Positions 1 through 8,394 of a stretch of 64,000 nucleotides of DNA are shown here, in pieces. The notes under the pieces are model-generated. The model was not told the DNA's origin. It did not search any database and saw only the letters and a program-made list of their open reading frames with translations. Numbering within the stretch: position 1 is the stretch's first letter; every line of letters begins with the position of its first letter. The stretch spans positions 1 through 64,000 of IMG/VR virus record IMGVR_UViG_3300035698_027961; one strand, given 5' to 3'. A program made the translations under genes and the position numbers. Source of the stretch: a virus.

Positions 1-566
1 AGCGGAGTTGTTCCAACCGTAATTGGTCCCGGTGTAATTAACCAAAATTTAGTAGTAGCTTGTCCGCCCTCAACTATATAAATTTCAGAACCTGGAATCA
101 GCCTGTCTCCGATATCTGCATCATTAGTTCTTGACCATTGACCGTCTGAGTTTGTTCCGGGAACGTCTACATTATAAATGCCATTAGTTGCCATATTAGT
201 TTGGCGATATACTAGAACCCTGTCTCCGGAACTTAAGCTAACACCATCTAGCTGACTTGGAGCGCCCGATGCTAGGTTTGCAATGTTCTGTGTTGAGGCT
301 GCTCTGGCAGGATTTTTATAACCAAGCCTTAATGAGTCAACTACGGGAGTCCAGCTTAAATTATCCGTTCCGCCAACCAGGCGATATGTTGTCGAATCAC
401 TTTCAACGAATACTAACATTCCTTCTTTTCTATTTAGATCGGGAATTGAATCTCTATCATTAATGTCTTCACGAATCTGATATCCACCCTCTATATGAAT
501 ATCCTCCAGCATCGGAAACAGGCCATTATTTTTAGGCTCAATTTTTGATATTAGATTAACTGGCAT
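1..566 (-). CDS. Phage tail/head fibre-like structural protein (partial, runs off window start; not in ORF track)
   Basis: Manual translation from ATG at 566: MPVNLISKIEPKNNGLFPMLEDIHIEGG...RKEGMLVFVESD...KNPARAASTQNI...LDGVSLSSGDRVLVYRQT...NGIY. Open to the window edge. The DGV.L..GDRVLV..Q....NGIY pattern is typical of phage fibre proteins. Starts 1 nt after the stop of the upstream gene. Confidence 0.7.
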   Translation of the reverse strand, partial: MPVNLISKIEPKNNGLFPMLEDIHIEGGYQIREDINDRDSIPDLNRKEGMLVFVESDSTTYRLVGGTDNLSWTPVVDSLRLGYKNPARAASTQNIANLASGAPSQLDGVSLSSGDRVLVYRQTNMATNGIYNVDVPGTNSDGQWSRTNDADIGDRLIPGSEIYIVEGGQATTKFWLITPGPITVGTTP

Positions 567-567
567 A

Positions 568-1476
568 CTATGACACCACTACGACTGTAGGGCCTAAACC
601 AACATTATCACTTTCGTATAGTGTATAGTCCTCGGTGATTCCAAAATCATTAGTTAGGGATATTGTATCAGAAACTTTAATAAAGCCGCCTTCGAAACCC
701 CCGACTGTAAATGTTGCATTTCCAAAGCCGCTTCTATATGCATAATAAATCTTTTGGCTGGCTCCAGGATTTACGCTGAAAGTTCTAGAGCGGCTGGTCG
801 CAAGAGCGGAGCCGGATAAAGCCTTGATAAAAGCCTGAGAGTTTTGTCCGGCCGCACCAACACCCCAATAGACCTTCTGAGCCCAAGTTTTAGATATGGT
901 GGCAGAATCAGTTTGAAGATTGTCCTCAGCATTTAAAGTCCAGATAACGTTCGCTCCGTAAATACTTCTAATGTATGACTCAGAGTATGAGAAAGAGCCT
1001 GGGGTCGAAATCACATCTTGACTCGGGCCGCTTTGGTTGTCAGACACAGATGCCAGCACCGGTGGCGTTCCGTATGATGCTGAAAATGCTGGTGTAGTCA
1101 GTGTATCACCCAGCTCAATCAATGAACCTCCGGCTACAGAGAATGATAATATTTCAAAATCGGGACATAAGAATGAGGGACGAACACAGCTCCAAACCAT
1201 CTGGCCTATTGGGTTCTCCATTAATACAGCGTACTGCTGACCGATTAATGGCGGTATACTAACTTGATTTATTAAAAATTCTAATGCGTCAAGCCTTTCC
1301 CTAACTGTCTCGTATGAATCACTGCTTGGAAGCACTCCGAGCTCTTTTTCGATGTTAAAGATGGCAGAACGCAATCTGTTAACAGAAATTGCGTCAACTC
1401 TAGTTTTGGTATCCACAACTAAAGGTAGTTGGGCGTAACCATCTATTGCATCAGGATAAACGCTAAAGTCTGCCAC
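568..1476 (-). CDS. Putative virion structural protein
   Basis: 302 aa, GTG start with AAGGAG RBS. N-terminal YPDAIDGY...NRLRSAIFNIEKELG...VRERLDALE helix followed by a beta-rich Ser/Thr/Gly region. Next to the fibre gene. Confidence 0.55.
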   Translation of the reverse strand: MADFSVYPDAIDGYAQLPLVVDTKTRVDAISVNRLRSAIFNIEKELGVLPSSDSYETVRERLDALEFLINQVSIPPLIGQQYAVLMENPIGQMVWSCVRPSFLCPDFEILSFSVAGGSLIELGDTLTTPAFSASYGTPPVLASVSDNQSGPSQDVISTPGSFSYSESYIRSIYGANVIWTLNAEDNLQTDSATISKTWAQKVYWGVGAAGQNSQAFIKALSGSALATSRSRTFSVNPGASQKIYYAYRSGFGNATFTVGGFEGGFIKVSDTISLTNDFGITEDYTLYESDNVGLGPTVVVVS

Positions 1477-1485
1477 TATAGCTCC

Positions 1486-1629
1486 TTACTTTTTACTTGT
1501 CTTTTTTGTCTCGGAAAGCTTTCTTTTTAAAGTTATAAGCGGCAAGCTTCTATTCGTAGAAGTTTTTCCTGTATTATCCGAATTAGTCGTTCGGTTATTA
1601 TTTTTATTTTTTCCACAACCACAGCCCAT
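1486..1629 (-). CDS. Small basic protein with N-terminal MGCGCG motif (47 aa, not in ORF track)
   Basis: MGCGCGKNKNNNRTTNSDNTGKTSTNRSLPLITLKRKLSETKKTSKK*. GGAG RBS upstream. Its stop overlaps the RBS of the next gene. Confidence 0.6.
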   Translation of the reverse strand: MGCGCGKNKNNNRTTNSDNTGKTSTNRSLPLITLKRKLSETKKTSKK

Positions 1630-1654
1630 GGGAAACTCCAACTAAAACTTAATC

Positions 1655-1664
1655 AAAATATTAG
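1655..1664 (-). promoter_or_regulatory. Putative late-promoter motif CTAATATTTT
   Basis: Similar to CTATTAATTTT (48958-48968) and CTATTATTTT (62521-62530). All three lie ~24-30 nt upstream of genes in structural blocks. Confidence 0.35.
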
Positions 1665-1761
1665 CAGTTATTAATTAATCTGTATTAATAGTGAGCCTTA
1701 CTTTTATTGAACTTTAGTATAGCCTCTCAGTTGTTTTAAGTTTTAATTTGGAGGGGGGGTA

Positions 1762-2586
1762 ATGAGTAATTTTAAAAAATTATTTATGTGGTTTTTTGCG
1801 GCATCTATGTTGGCGACTTTGTTTTCGATTCCCGAGGATGGAATGGTTACCTTTGATCGGGTAACAGACTGGAATAATGAGGCCCACCTTATTGATTCTG
1901 ATGACTTAGACTTTTATAGTATTGGCAGCCGAGATGCTAAAACTGTTCAGCCGGTCGTTAAGATTATTTTCGCAGTAGAGATGGCTTTCTTAAGAACTGC
2001 GACAAATTCGGCAACAGGATTTAGTGTCGCTTACGATAAGTCAGAGGACGTAAGCTACATTGTAACTAATGATCACTTTTGCGAACATCATGAAGAATTA
2101 ACTAGCGGAACTAAATTCTTATACCAAAACCATCGGGGTATTATATCGCCCGAAGGTTCGCCGGACCTGAAAGAGCTAACTGTGTACAGAAGAGATAAGT
2201 CTAAAGACTTATGTTTAATGTCAGCGCAAGGATATGTGAGGCCTGCCAAGGTAGCATCGCCAAAATATAAAGTTAGGCAGATGGAGAAGGTTACTACAAT
2301 TGGAAGCCCAGCCGGAGTTTTTCCAGTACTTCTTGAAACCCATATCAGCAATATGTTTAGTCGAGAAGTGGCACCAAAAAGCATGCATGGCGGTAGAAAC
2401 TTGTATTTACTTTCAGAGCAGGTATTTGCAGGGCAGAGCGGAAGTCCAGTTTATAACTCCGAAGGCGAAGTAATCGGAGTTATATTTATGAGCCTATCAA
2501 ATAGAAGCGGCCCGGTATACGGTGGAGTTGCTATACCACTACTAGACCTGATTGAATTCTTAGATGATTCTAAAATAAAGTACTAG
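1762..2586 (+). CDS. Trypsin-like (S1/HtrA-type) serine protease with N-terminal signal or anchor
   Basis: Catalytic triad motifs TNDHFC, KDLCL and GQSGSP, plus GEVIGV. Hydrophobic N-terminus. No PDZ domain. Confidence 0.85.
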   Translation: MSNFKKLFMWFFAASMLATLFSIPEDGMVTFDRVTDWNNEAHLIDSDDLDFYSIGSRDAKTVQPVVKIIFAVEMAFLRTATNSATGFSVAYDKSEDVSYIVTNDHFCEHHEELTSGTKFLYQNHRGIISPEGSPDLKELTVYRRDKSKDLCLMSAQGYVRPAKVASPKYKVRQMEKVTTIGSPAGVFPVLLETHISNMFSREVAPKSMHGGRNLYLLSEQVFAGQSGSPVYNSEGEVIGVIFMSLSNRSGPVYGGVAIPLLDLIEFLDDSKIKY

Positions 2587-2871
2587 TTACCTTCTCTTTA
2601 GTTTTTTAACCTTTTTAACTTTTCGCTCTTTTTCTTTAGGAGCGGAAAGTTTTTTTTCAAGGTCCGTCGCCATGAGCTTTAGAAATGCTGGATCGATTTG
2701 ATTTCCTGACATGACGGTATTCATTATTTTACCCGCCATATCAATGGCCTTCATAGCATTAATTATATCTGGGTTGTCTTCCTCTCCAGCATCGACCTTT
2801 TGACGATACTGGTTAAGAATTTCCAGAGACTCTGCGGATATGGCCGGGGTCTCATTATTGTCACTACTCAT
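2587..2871 (-). CDS. Hypothetical protein
   Basis: 94-aa ORF coupled to its neighbours, with a basic C-terminus. Confidence 0.6.
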   Translation of the reverse strand: MSSDNNETPAISAESLEILNQYRQKVDAGEEDNPDIINAMKAIDMAGKIMNTVMSGNQIDPAFLKLMATDLEKKLSAPKEKERKVKKVKKLKRR

Positions 2872-3064
2872 CTAAGGCAATCTTTGACTTTAGAATAACA
2901 AGCTGCGTAATTAGTTTATCAAGCTGCTCTTGATTAAGATTGGCGGTGATAATAATACTTGACTTATCTAGATTTCTGGCTCTAATAGATAAGTCTATAC
3001 CCTTCTTGAAATTTTCTTTAACTTCAATATAGTCACGAGTTTCATTATCAACCACTATCTTCAT
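2864..3064 (-). CDS. Hypothetical protein
   Basis: 66-aa ORF starting 1 nt after the PhoH stop. Confidence 0.6.
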   Translation of the reverse strand: MKIVVDNETRDYIEVKENFKKGIDLSIRARNLDKSSIIITANLNQEQLDKLITQLVILKSKIALDE

Positions 3065-3065
3065 G

Positions 3066-4397
3066 TTACATTACCTTTGCTGCGTAAGTTGCGAGTGCGC
3101 TTCGTTCACCCTTGATCAATCTAATATGACCAGAGTGAGGAAACTCCTTGAATAGCTCAACTACCGAAGCCAGTCCGGATGACTTTTGGTCAACCGAAGG
3201 TGAGTCAATTTGCTCAAGGTCTCCAAGTAGAATAATTTTTGAGTTATCGCCCATCCTAGTTAAAAGAGCTTTGGCCTCATGATGAGTAATGTTCTGTGCC
3301 TCGTCAACAATAAAGATACAATCAGGCAAAGTTCTTCCTCTAACATAGGCTAGAGACTCTAATTCAATTATACCTTTTTCAATCATTCTATCGATATAAT
3401 CCATTCCCTTACCAGCAGTAATAACACTCAAGTTATCAAATATTGGCTGAAGCCACGGACGAACCTTTTCTTCTTTTGTTCCGGGTAGGAATCCGATATC
3501 CTTACTGGTGCTCTGAGCGGGACGAGCAATGACCAATTTCTTATACTTCTTAGTGTGAATCATACTCATAGCTGAAGCAATAGCGAGCAGCGTCTTTCCT
3601 GAGCCGGCCATTCCAGATATAGAAACCATCTGAATCGCTGGGTCCAGAAGAAGCTCTAAGGCGATAACTTGCTCCTTAGACCTTGGTATAATTCCCTCGA
3701 CTTTGATATCTCTATCTCCGGCATACTTTAGCTTCTTGACAACGTTATTATCGCAAGCAATGGCTAGAGCACTCTTCTTACCAGACTTTAGCACAACTCC
3801 CTGATTTGGATATAGCTTTGGAAAGAAATCATCTTCGCTAAGATGAAGCTCGCCATTAGCATAGAACTCATCAACCATATCAATATCTGCATCGACAGTT
3901 ATCAGGCCATCGTAGAAAATATCATGATCTCTTAAGCCACCCTTAGAAAAGCTCTCAGCGGGTATTCCAAGCGTGTCGCATCTAACCCGAAGTGATATGT
4001 CTCTGCTTACTACGACGGCCTTCTGACCGTCTTTGATGAGCTTTGCAGCTACAGATATGATACGGTTATCATTAGTGTCTGGAAAATTACCGCTAAGCAA
4101 ACCTATATCCGAAAAGTTTGCGACAAAAATTGTCTGTTTGCCATCAACCTTAACGCCTTTAACTAGGCTTCCCTGCTCTCTTAGGCCGTCTAGATACTTA
4201 TTTACATATCTACAGTTGCCTCCGACAGTATCCATTCTAACCTTAAGGTTGTCGAGCTCTTCGAGAACCTCTAGGGGAATATAAACATTATGACCCTCAA
4301 AGCTATGTATCGATTCGCCATGATAAGCGAGAACCGATGTGTCAAGAACATAATTTTTTCTCTTCGAGGAAGGTGATGGCATATAATAAATCTCCAC
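3066..4397 (-). CDS. phoH: PIN-PhoH fusion (PhoH2/YlaK-like ATPase)
   Basis: N-terminal PIN domain (YVLDTSVL, EELD, NDNRII, SRDISLR). PhoH domain with Walker A GMAGSGKT, IGFLPG, RGRT, DEAQN and LGDLEQID. Confidence 0.92.
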   Translation of the reverse strand: MEIYYMPSPSSKRKNYVLDTSVLAYHGESIHSFEGHNVYIPLEVLEELDNLKVRMDTVGGNCRYVNKYLDGLREQGSLVKGVKVDGKQTIFVANFSDIGLLSGNFPDTNDNRIISVAAKLIKDGQKAVVVSRDISLRVRCDTLGIPAESFSKGGLRDHDIFYDGLITVDADIDMVDEFYANGELHLSEDDFFPKLYPNQGVVLKSGKKSALAIACDNNVVKKLKYAGDRDIKVEGIIPRSKEQVIALELLLDPAIQMVSISGMAGSGKTLLAIASAMSMIHTKKYKKLVIARPAQSTSKDIGFLPGTKEEKVRPWLQPIFDNLSVITAGKGMDYIDRMIEKGIIELESLAYVRGRTLPDCIFIVDEAQNITHHEAKALLTRMGDNSKIILLGDLEQIDSPSVDQKSSGLASVVELFKEFPHSGHIRLIKGERSALATYAAKVM

Positions 4398-4414
4398 TTA
4401 ATTGTTATCTCTAA

Positions 4415-4759
4415 CTAGACAGTATCTATATCTTCTTCCATTAAAGACCAGGCTTCAACTTCAATTTGATAATACAAACTACCTGACTCGGAATCTTCTT
4501 TTAAAGTCCAATTCCCAAATACAAGCTCTCCTACCATCTCTTCGTCTTTTTTTACGCAGAGTGCAGTAAGTTGTGGATATTCTATTATATCAAGTTTATG
4601 CTCATTGGCCAAGATATCTAAGAATTTACCGGAGTCAACTTCTTTGGCAATATGTATATCAACGCCCAGATAAATCAAAATTGATTCCAGCCATTGTTCT
4701 TTAAACTCATCAATCGCTTTCTGTGTTCCAAAGCGATCTGCCATTAAAGTTAATTTCAT
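4415..4759 (-). CDS. Hypothetical protein
   Basis: 114-aa acidic ORF upstream of phoH on the same strand. Confidence 0.6.
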   Translation of the reverse strand: MKLTLMADRFGTQKAIDEFKEQWLESILIYLGVDIHIAKEVDSGKFLDILANEHKLDIIEYPQLTALCVKKDEEMVGELVFGNWTLKEDSESGSLYYQIEVEAWSLMEEDIDTV

Positions 4760-4955
4760 TTTTCCCCAATATTTGAAGAACTTTCCAGATCCACATATTT
4801 ATTCTACTCCTTTTAATAGAAAAGGCCGTGTCTATTATCCTCGTCCGAGAAGCCTACGAGCCTATATTGGCCCCGTAAATCAAAGCCAAAGTATACTTTA
4901 TTATTTTCAGTAGAAACTATTTATATTTTTAGCTTAACGAGAGGCCATAGAAATT

Positions 4956-5945
4956 ATGAACAAAGAATTATATGAACTTATGAGTTTTTTAATTAAAAAT
5001 AATGAAAAAGATTACGCGCATATGGTTGCATCATTAATTAAAAATGCAAATAAAATTATGAGCAGAGAAGAACTTATGGCCAGCCAAAAACTTGAAGGGA
5101 AGTTACAATATATGATTAGACATATCGCAAAAGATATGCTCGGATTTGAAAATAATGATGATATTGATGAATTCACGGAAAGTGTGTATCATGAAGTTTA
5201 TGATTTTGTTTCTGAATTTATACTTAATTGTTCTTCTAATTTTGGGCTTGAGAACAAAATCGATCTTAATGAAGAGGCTGAGGATATGTCCGCATATTGG
5301 CTATTTTTAAATTATGACTTGAAGCCGATCGTCCTGCACGCCCTCCGACAAGGAGGCCTAATTAGCGGCGATCATGATATTGAAGACTCAGATTATATTA
5401 GCTCCATATTTGCTGAATACTTCTCATACCAGGAATACGCATTACCCAGAGATAAAAATATTTATATGATTAAGTCGCTAGACGACATTAAGAAAGCCTC
5501 TGAGGCAGCGGAAGTTAGATATAATAACTATATCAGAAGCAGCCTGGTTAAGCAGGATGATAATCTTGTCTGGATCTTTGAGAACGAAGATTGGAAGGTT
5601 TGTGAGGCTCACTCTTACTTTGCGGCCGTCAAGGCCGGATGGGGAACTAAGTGGTGTACCACAGATAGAGTTAACGGAGAGGCAGATTTCATGAATCACT
5701 ATAGGCCGGACTCACCTTTGGTTATTTTTATGAGCAAAAATAACCCTAAAGAAAAATATCAAGCTACATATTGGGAAAATGCGTTTCATGATGCTGAAGG
5801 TAATCCGGTTCGGGATAAGTATAAGATATACAACCTTTCAAAATTGATTGCCGACAGACCCTACGTTGATTTAAACGCGATAAAAAATAGGCTTGGAATA
5901 GATGTTGGCGGTGGCTATGTATCTTCCGAGAAAATTAATCCTTGA
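4956..5945 (+). CDS. Hypothetical phage protein with GTKWCT motif
   Basis: 329 aa, GAGG RBS. C-terminal W...EAHSY.AA...GWGTKWCTT...PLVIF...KYQ block of a kind common in large-phage hypothetical proteins. Confidence 0.65.
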   Translation: MNKELYELMSFLIKNNEKDYAHMVASLIKNANKIMSREELMASQKLEGKLQYMIRHIAKDMLGFENNDDIDEFTESVYHEVYDFVSEFILNCSSNFGLENKIDLNEEAEDMSAYWLFLNYDLKPIVLHALRQGGLISGDHDIEDSDYISSIFAEYFSYQEYALPRDKNIYMIKSLDDIKKASEAAEVRYNNYIRSSLVKQDDNLVWIFENEDWKVCEAHSYFAAVKAGWGTKWCTTDRVNGEADFMNHYRPDSPLVIFMSKNNPKEKYQATYWENAFHDAEGNPVRDKYKIYNLSKLIADRPYVDLNAIKNRLGIDVGGGYVSSEKINP

Positions 5946-7419
5946 CCCAAAGCCTCTGGCCGGCATCGTATATCTTATACCACCCTTTCTCTTCGGCGTA
6001 TTCTCTTTCCGACAAACACCTGGGATCCATATTGGCTCGGCAGCTGAGCCTATTAAATGTATTAGCGCCATCGGTCCACTTCCACCCCAGGGTATCTCTC
6101 TGCTTCTCAAACCCGAGAGCCTTAAGATAGTTACCTGTCCCATACCTTAAGTCAGCCCAGTAATGAATTGGTAGACCATGAAGATTTTGAATTGCATAAA
6201 GCATCTTGCCTGCCCCTCCAACGACGGTCGTATTGTTTTTAGAGCAGAATCTTTCGATTTTAATTTTATCTTTATAGACTCGATAAGACATCGCCGAGAC
6301 CAATTCTCCGTCATGAAATAAACCAAAAGTTCTGGCATTAACCGATCCCATTAGATGGTTGGTCTCAAAGAACCATGAGTATACATCTCTTGGGACGTTA
6401 TCCAGTTTTGTCTTTCTGGCGAAGATTCTTTTATTCTTGCCAAGTACATTATTTATCATTGATTGTATTATATCAAATTTGTTGAGCACCTCATCTTCCC
6501 TGAACTGAATTATTCTAAGGTTGTCCAGCCCCTCGTAATCAGCCCTCATCTTATAATGATATCGCTTATCTTTATTTTTTTCTGAGTGCCAATAAAGTCC
6601 ATCAACGTTGATAGCAGTTCTATTATCTAATTTGAAGTCTGGCCGATATCTTAACAATGGGTACTTAGAGGCATCAAACAGATAATTATAAGGTTTTAAT
6701 CCTGAACGACTGGAGAATATATTTTCTAGAGCCGTATGCTTAGCTTTAAAATTCTCAGTTGCAGATATAATATCTTTATCGGAAAGGCCATCCGAGATCT
6801 TATAGATTGAGGCAGGAGATATCCCGGAGTCAAGACACATTTCATTTATTGTCTTTCCATTTTCAAGAACCTTAATGCTACCATTCTCAATCTTAGTTTG
6901 AATTACAGATTCTTTAATCTTTAAATTCTTCATCGGGTGCTCTACGCCATATTTACCAAGGCATGTCTCTATGGCTTTATTATTTAGCTCTTCTACATTT
7001 CTTGGATTAGCTGCACCATAGCGCTCAATCATGGTCTCTTTTATCTTCTCTTTAACTTCCTCTGATGAAAAGGCGGACTCCGAACCAAATCTTACAAGAT
7101 TCGACTTCTTCATCTTCTCGACTCTGGATTTCTGAAGAATAGCCGAATCTTTTACTATAGAATTATTTCTTAGAGCGCTAGCTATAGTTGGGTCAGTAAC
7201 GCCAGCTATAGCAGCAATCTCTGTGGTCGTCATATTCAGCTCTATATAGTGATGATGCAGCCACTTGTAATTTAAATAATCTTTAGATTTAGATAAGGAA
7301 AATTCTTTAACTTTACTAGATATATATTTATGGCTTTTATTGGTTATTACTGCAATTTTATTAATGCTAAGATTTTGCTCGATATATAGTTTTTGAAGCC
7401 TATCTTTATCTAAAGTCAA
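5935..7419 (-). CDS. Putative free-standing homing endonuclease (HTH repeats + Vsr/PD-(D/E)xK-like domain + GNAT-like C-terminal domain), copy 1
   Basis: HTH-like repeats (LYIEQNLSINKIA, WLHHHYIELNMTTTEIA), ..RYG.. repeats, YRPDF...AINVDGLYWHS and IIQFREDE. Lies directly after nrdB. Confidence 0.7.
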   Translation of the reverse strand: MTLDKDRLQKLYIEQNLSINKIAVITNKSHKYISSKVKEFSLSKSKDYLNYKWLHHHYIELNMTTTEIAAIAGVTDPTIASALRNNSIVKDSAILQKSRVEKMKKSNLVRFGSESAFSSEEVKEKIKETMIERYGAANPRNVEELNNKAIETCLGKYGVEHPMKNLKIKESVIQTKIENGSIKVLENGKTINEMCLDSGISPASIYKISDGLSDKDIISATENFKAKHTALENIFSSRSGLKPYNYLFDASKYPLLRYRPDFKLDNRTAINVDGLYWHSEKNKDKRYHYKMRADYEGLDNLRIIQFREDEVLNKFDIIQSMINNVLGKNKRIFARKTKLDNVPRDVYSWFFETNHLMGSVNARTFGLFHDGELVSAMSYRVYKDKIKIERFCSKNNTTVVGGAGKMLYAIQNLHGLPIHYWADLRYGTGNYLKALGFEKQRDTLGWKWTDGANTFNRLSCRANMDPRCLSEREYAEEKGWYKIYDAGQRLWVKD

Positions 7420-7431
7420 TTTATACCTCGT

Positions 7432-8394
7432 TTACCAGTTCCATTCTCCACTCATTCCATCTGCACTATAGTCAGTCACCCTTTTCTCAAAAAAGTTAGA
7501 TAAGCTGTCTCCGTTCAGAACCCAGTCTAGCCATGGTAGAGGATTCTCCTCGGTTTTAAAGATTGGCTTTAATCCAATTTGATTTAATCTTCTATCAGCA
7601 ATGAATCTAATGTATTGCTTGACTTCGGCACCTGAAAGGCCGGGAGCATCTCCAAGCTCATAAATAAGATCGATCAGTCCATCTTCTAGCTCAACTGCCT
7701 TTTCAAACATCTCGTAGATACTTGACTTAAATTTATCATTGACAATTCTCGGATGCTCTTTACAGTACTCTAGAAATAATTTGGAGATCCCCTGAACGTG
7801 AAGGGTCTCATCTCTGATGGACCACTCAACAATCGTACACATTCCCTTCATCTTTCCAAACCGTTGGTAGTTTAGCAACATAACGAATGCGGAAAATAAA
7901 CTCATTCCTTCGTTGCAAACCGATTGAGCTAGAGCCAGTCCGAGTCCGGTTGCCGTCCTAACATCATTCTTCTGCATAAACTCAATCTTTGAAACCATCT
8001 CTTTGTACTTTAGAAAAGCTCGATACTCAGACTCATGCATTCCCAGGGTATCATTCAGTAATGCATAAGCCCTCTGATGAATTGCTTCCCTGGAGGCAAA
8101 ACTCATAAGCATTTGCCTGACTTCATGATTCTTAAACTGAGGAAGAAATAGGTCGCAGTAATTAGACGCAACCTGACAGTCCATCTGAGTAAACAATCTT
8201 AAAATCTGAGTAATGTGTTCCTTCTCGACATCATTAATCTCTCCACCCTTCCACTGATTAACGTCTTCCTGAAGTTCGGCCTCCCACTCTCCCCAAAAAA
8301 CTTTATCTGATTGAATTGCATACTCAATTGCCCAGGGGTATTGAAATGGACGATATGACTCTGCGTGATTTACTAGCCCTGGCATGCTAAGCAC
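7432..8394 (-). CDS. nrdB: Ribonucleotide reductase class I beta subunit
   Basis: FTQMD, REAIHQRAY (radical Tyr), NEGMSLF, IRDETLH, NFFEKRVTDY. The true start is probably the ATG at 8385 (MPGLV). Confidence 0.95.
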   Translation of the reverse strand: MLSMPGLVNHAESYRPFQYPWAIEYAIQSDKVFWGEWEAELQEDVNQWKGGEINDVEKEHITQILRLFTQMDCQVASNYCDLFLPQFKNHEVRQMLMSFASREAIHQRAYALLNDTLGMHESEYRAFLKYKEMVSKIEFMQKNDVRTATGLGLALAQSVCNEGMSLFSAFVMLLNYQRFGKMKGMCTIVEWSIRDETLHVQGISKLFLEYCKEHPRIVNDKFKSSIYEMFEKAVELEDGLIDLIYELGDAPGLSGAEVKQYIRFIADRRLNQIGLKPIFKTEENPLPWLDWVLNGDSLSNFFEKRVTDYSADGMSGEWNW

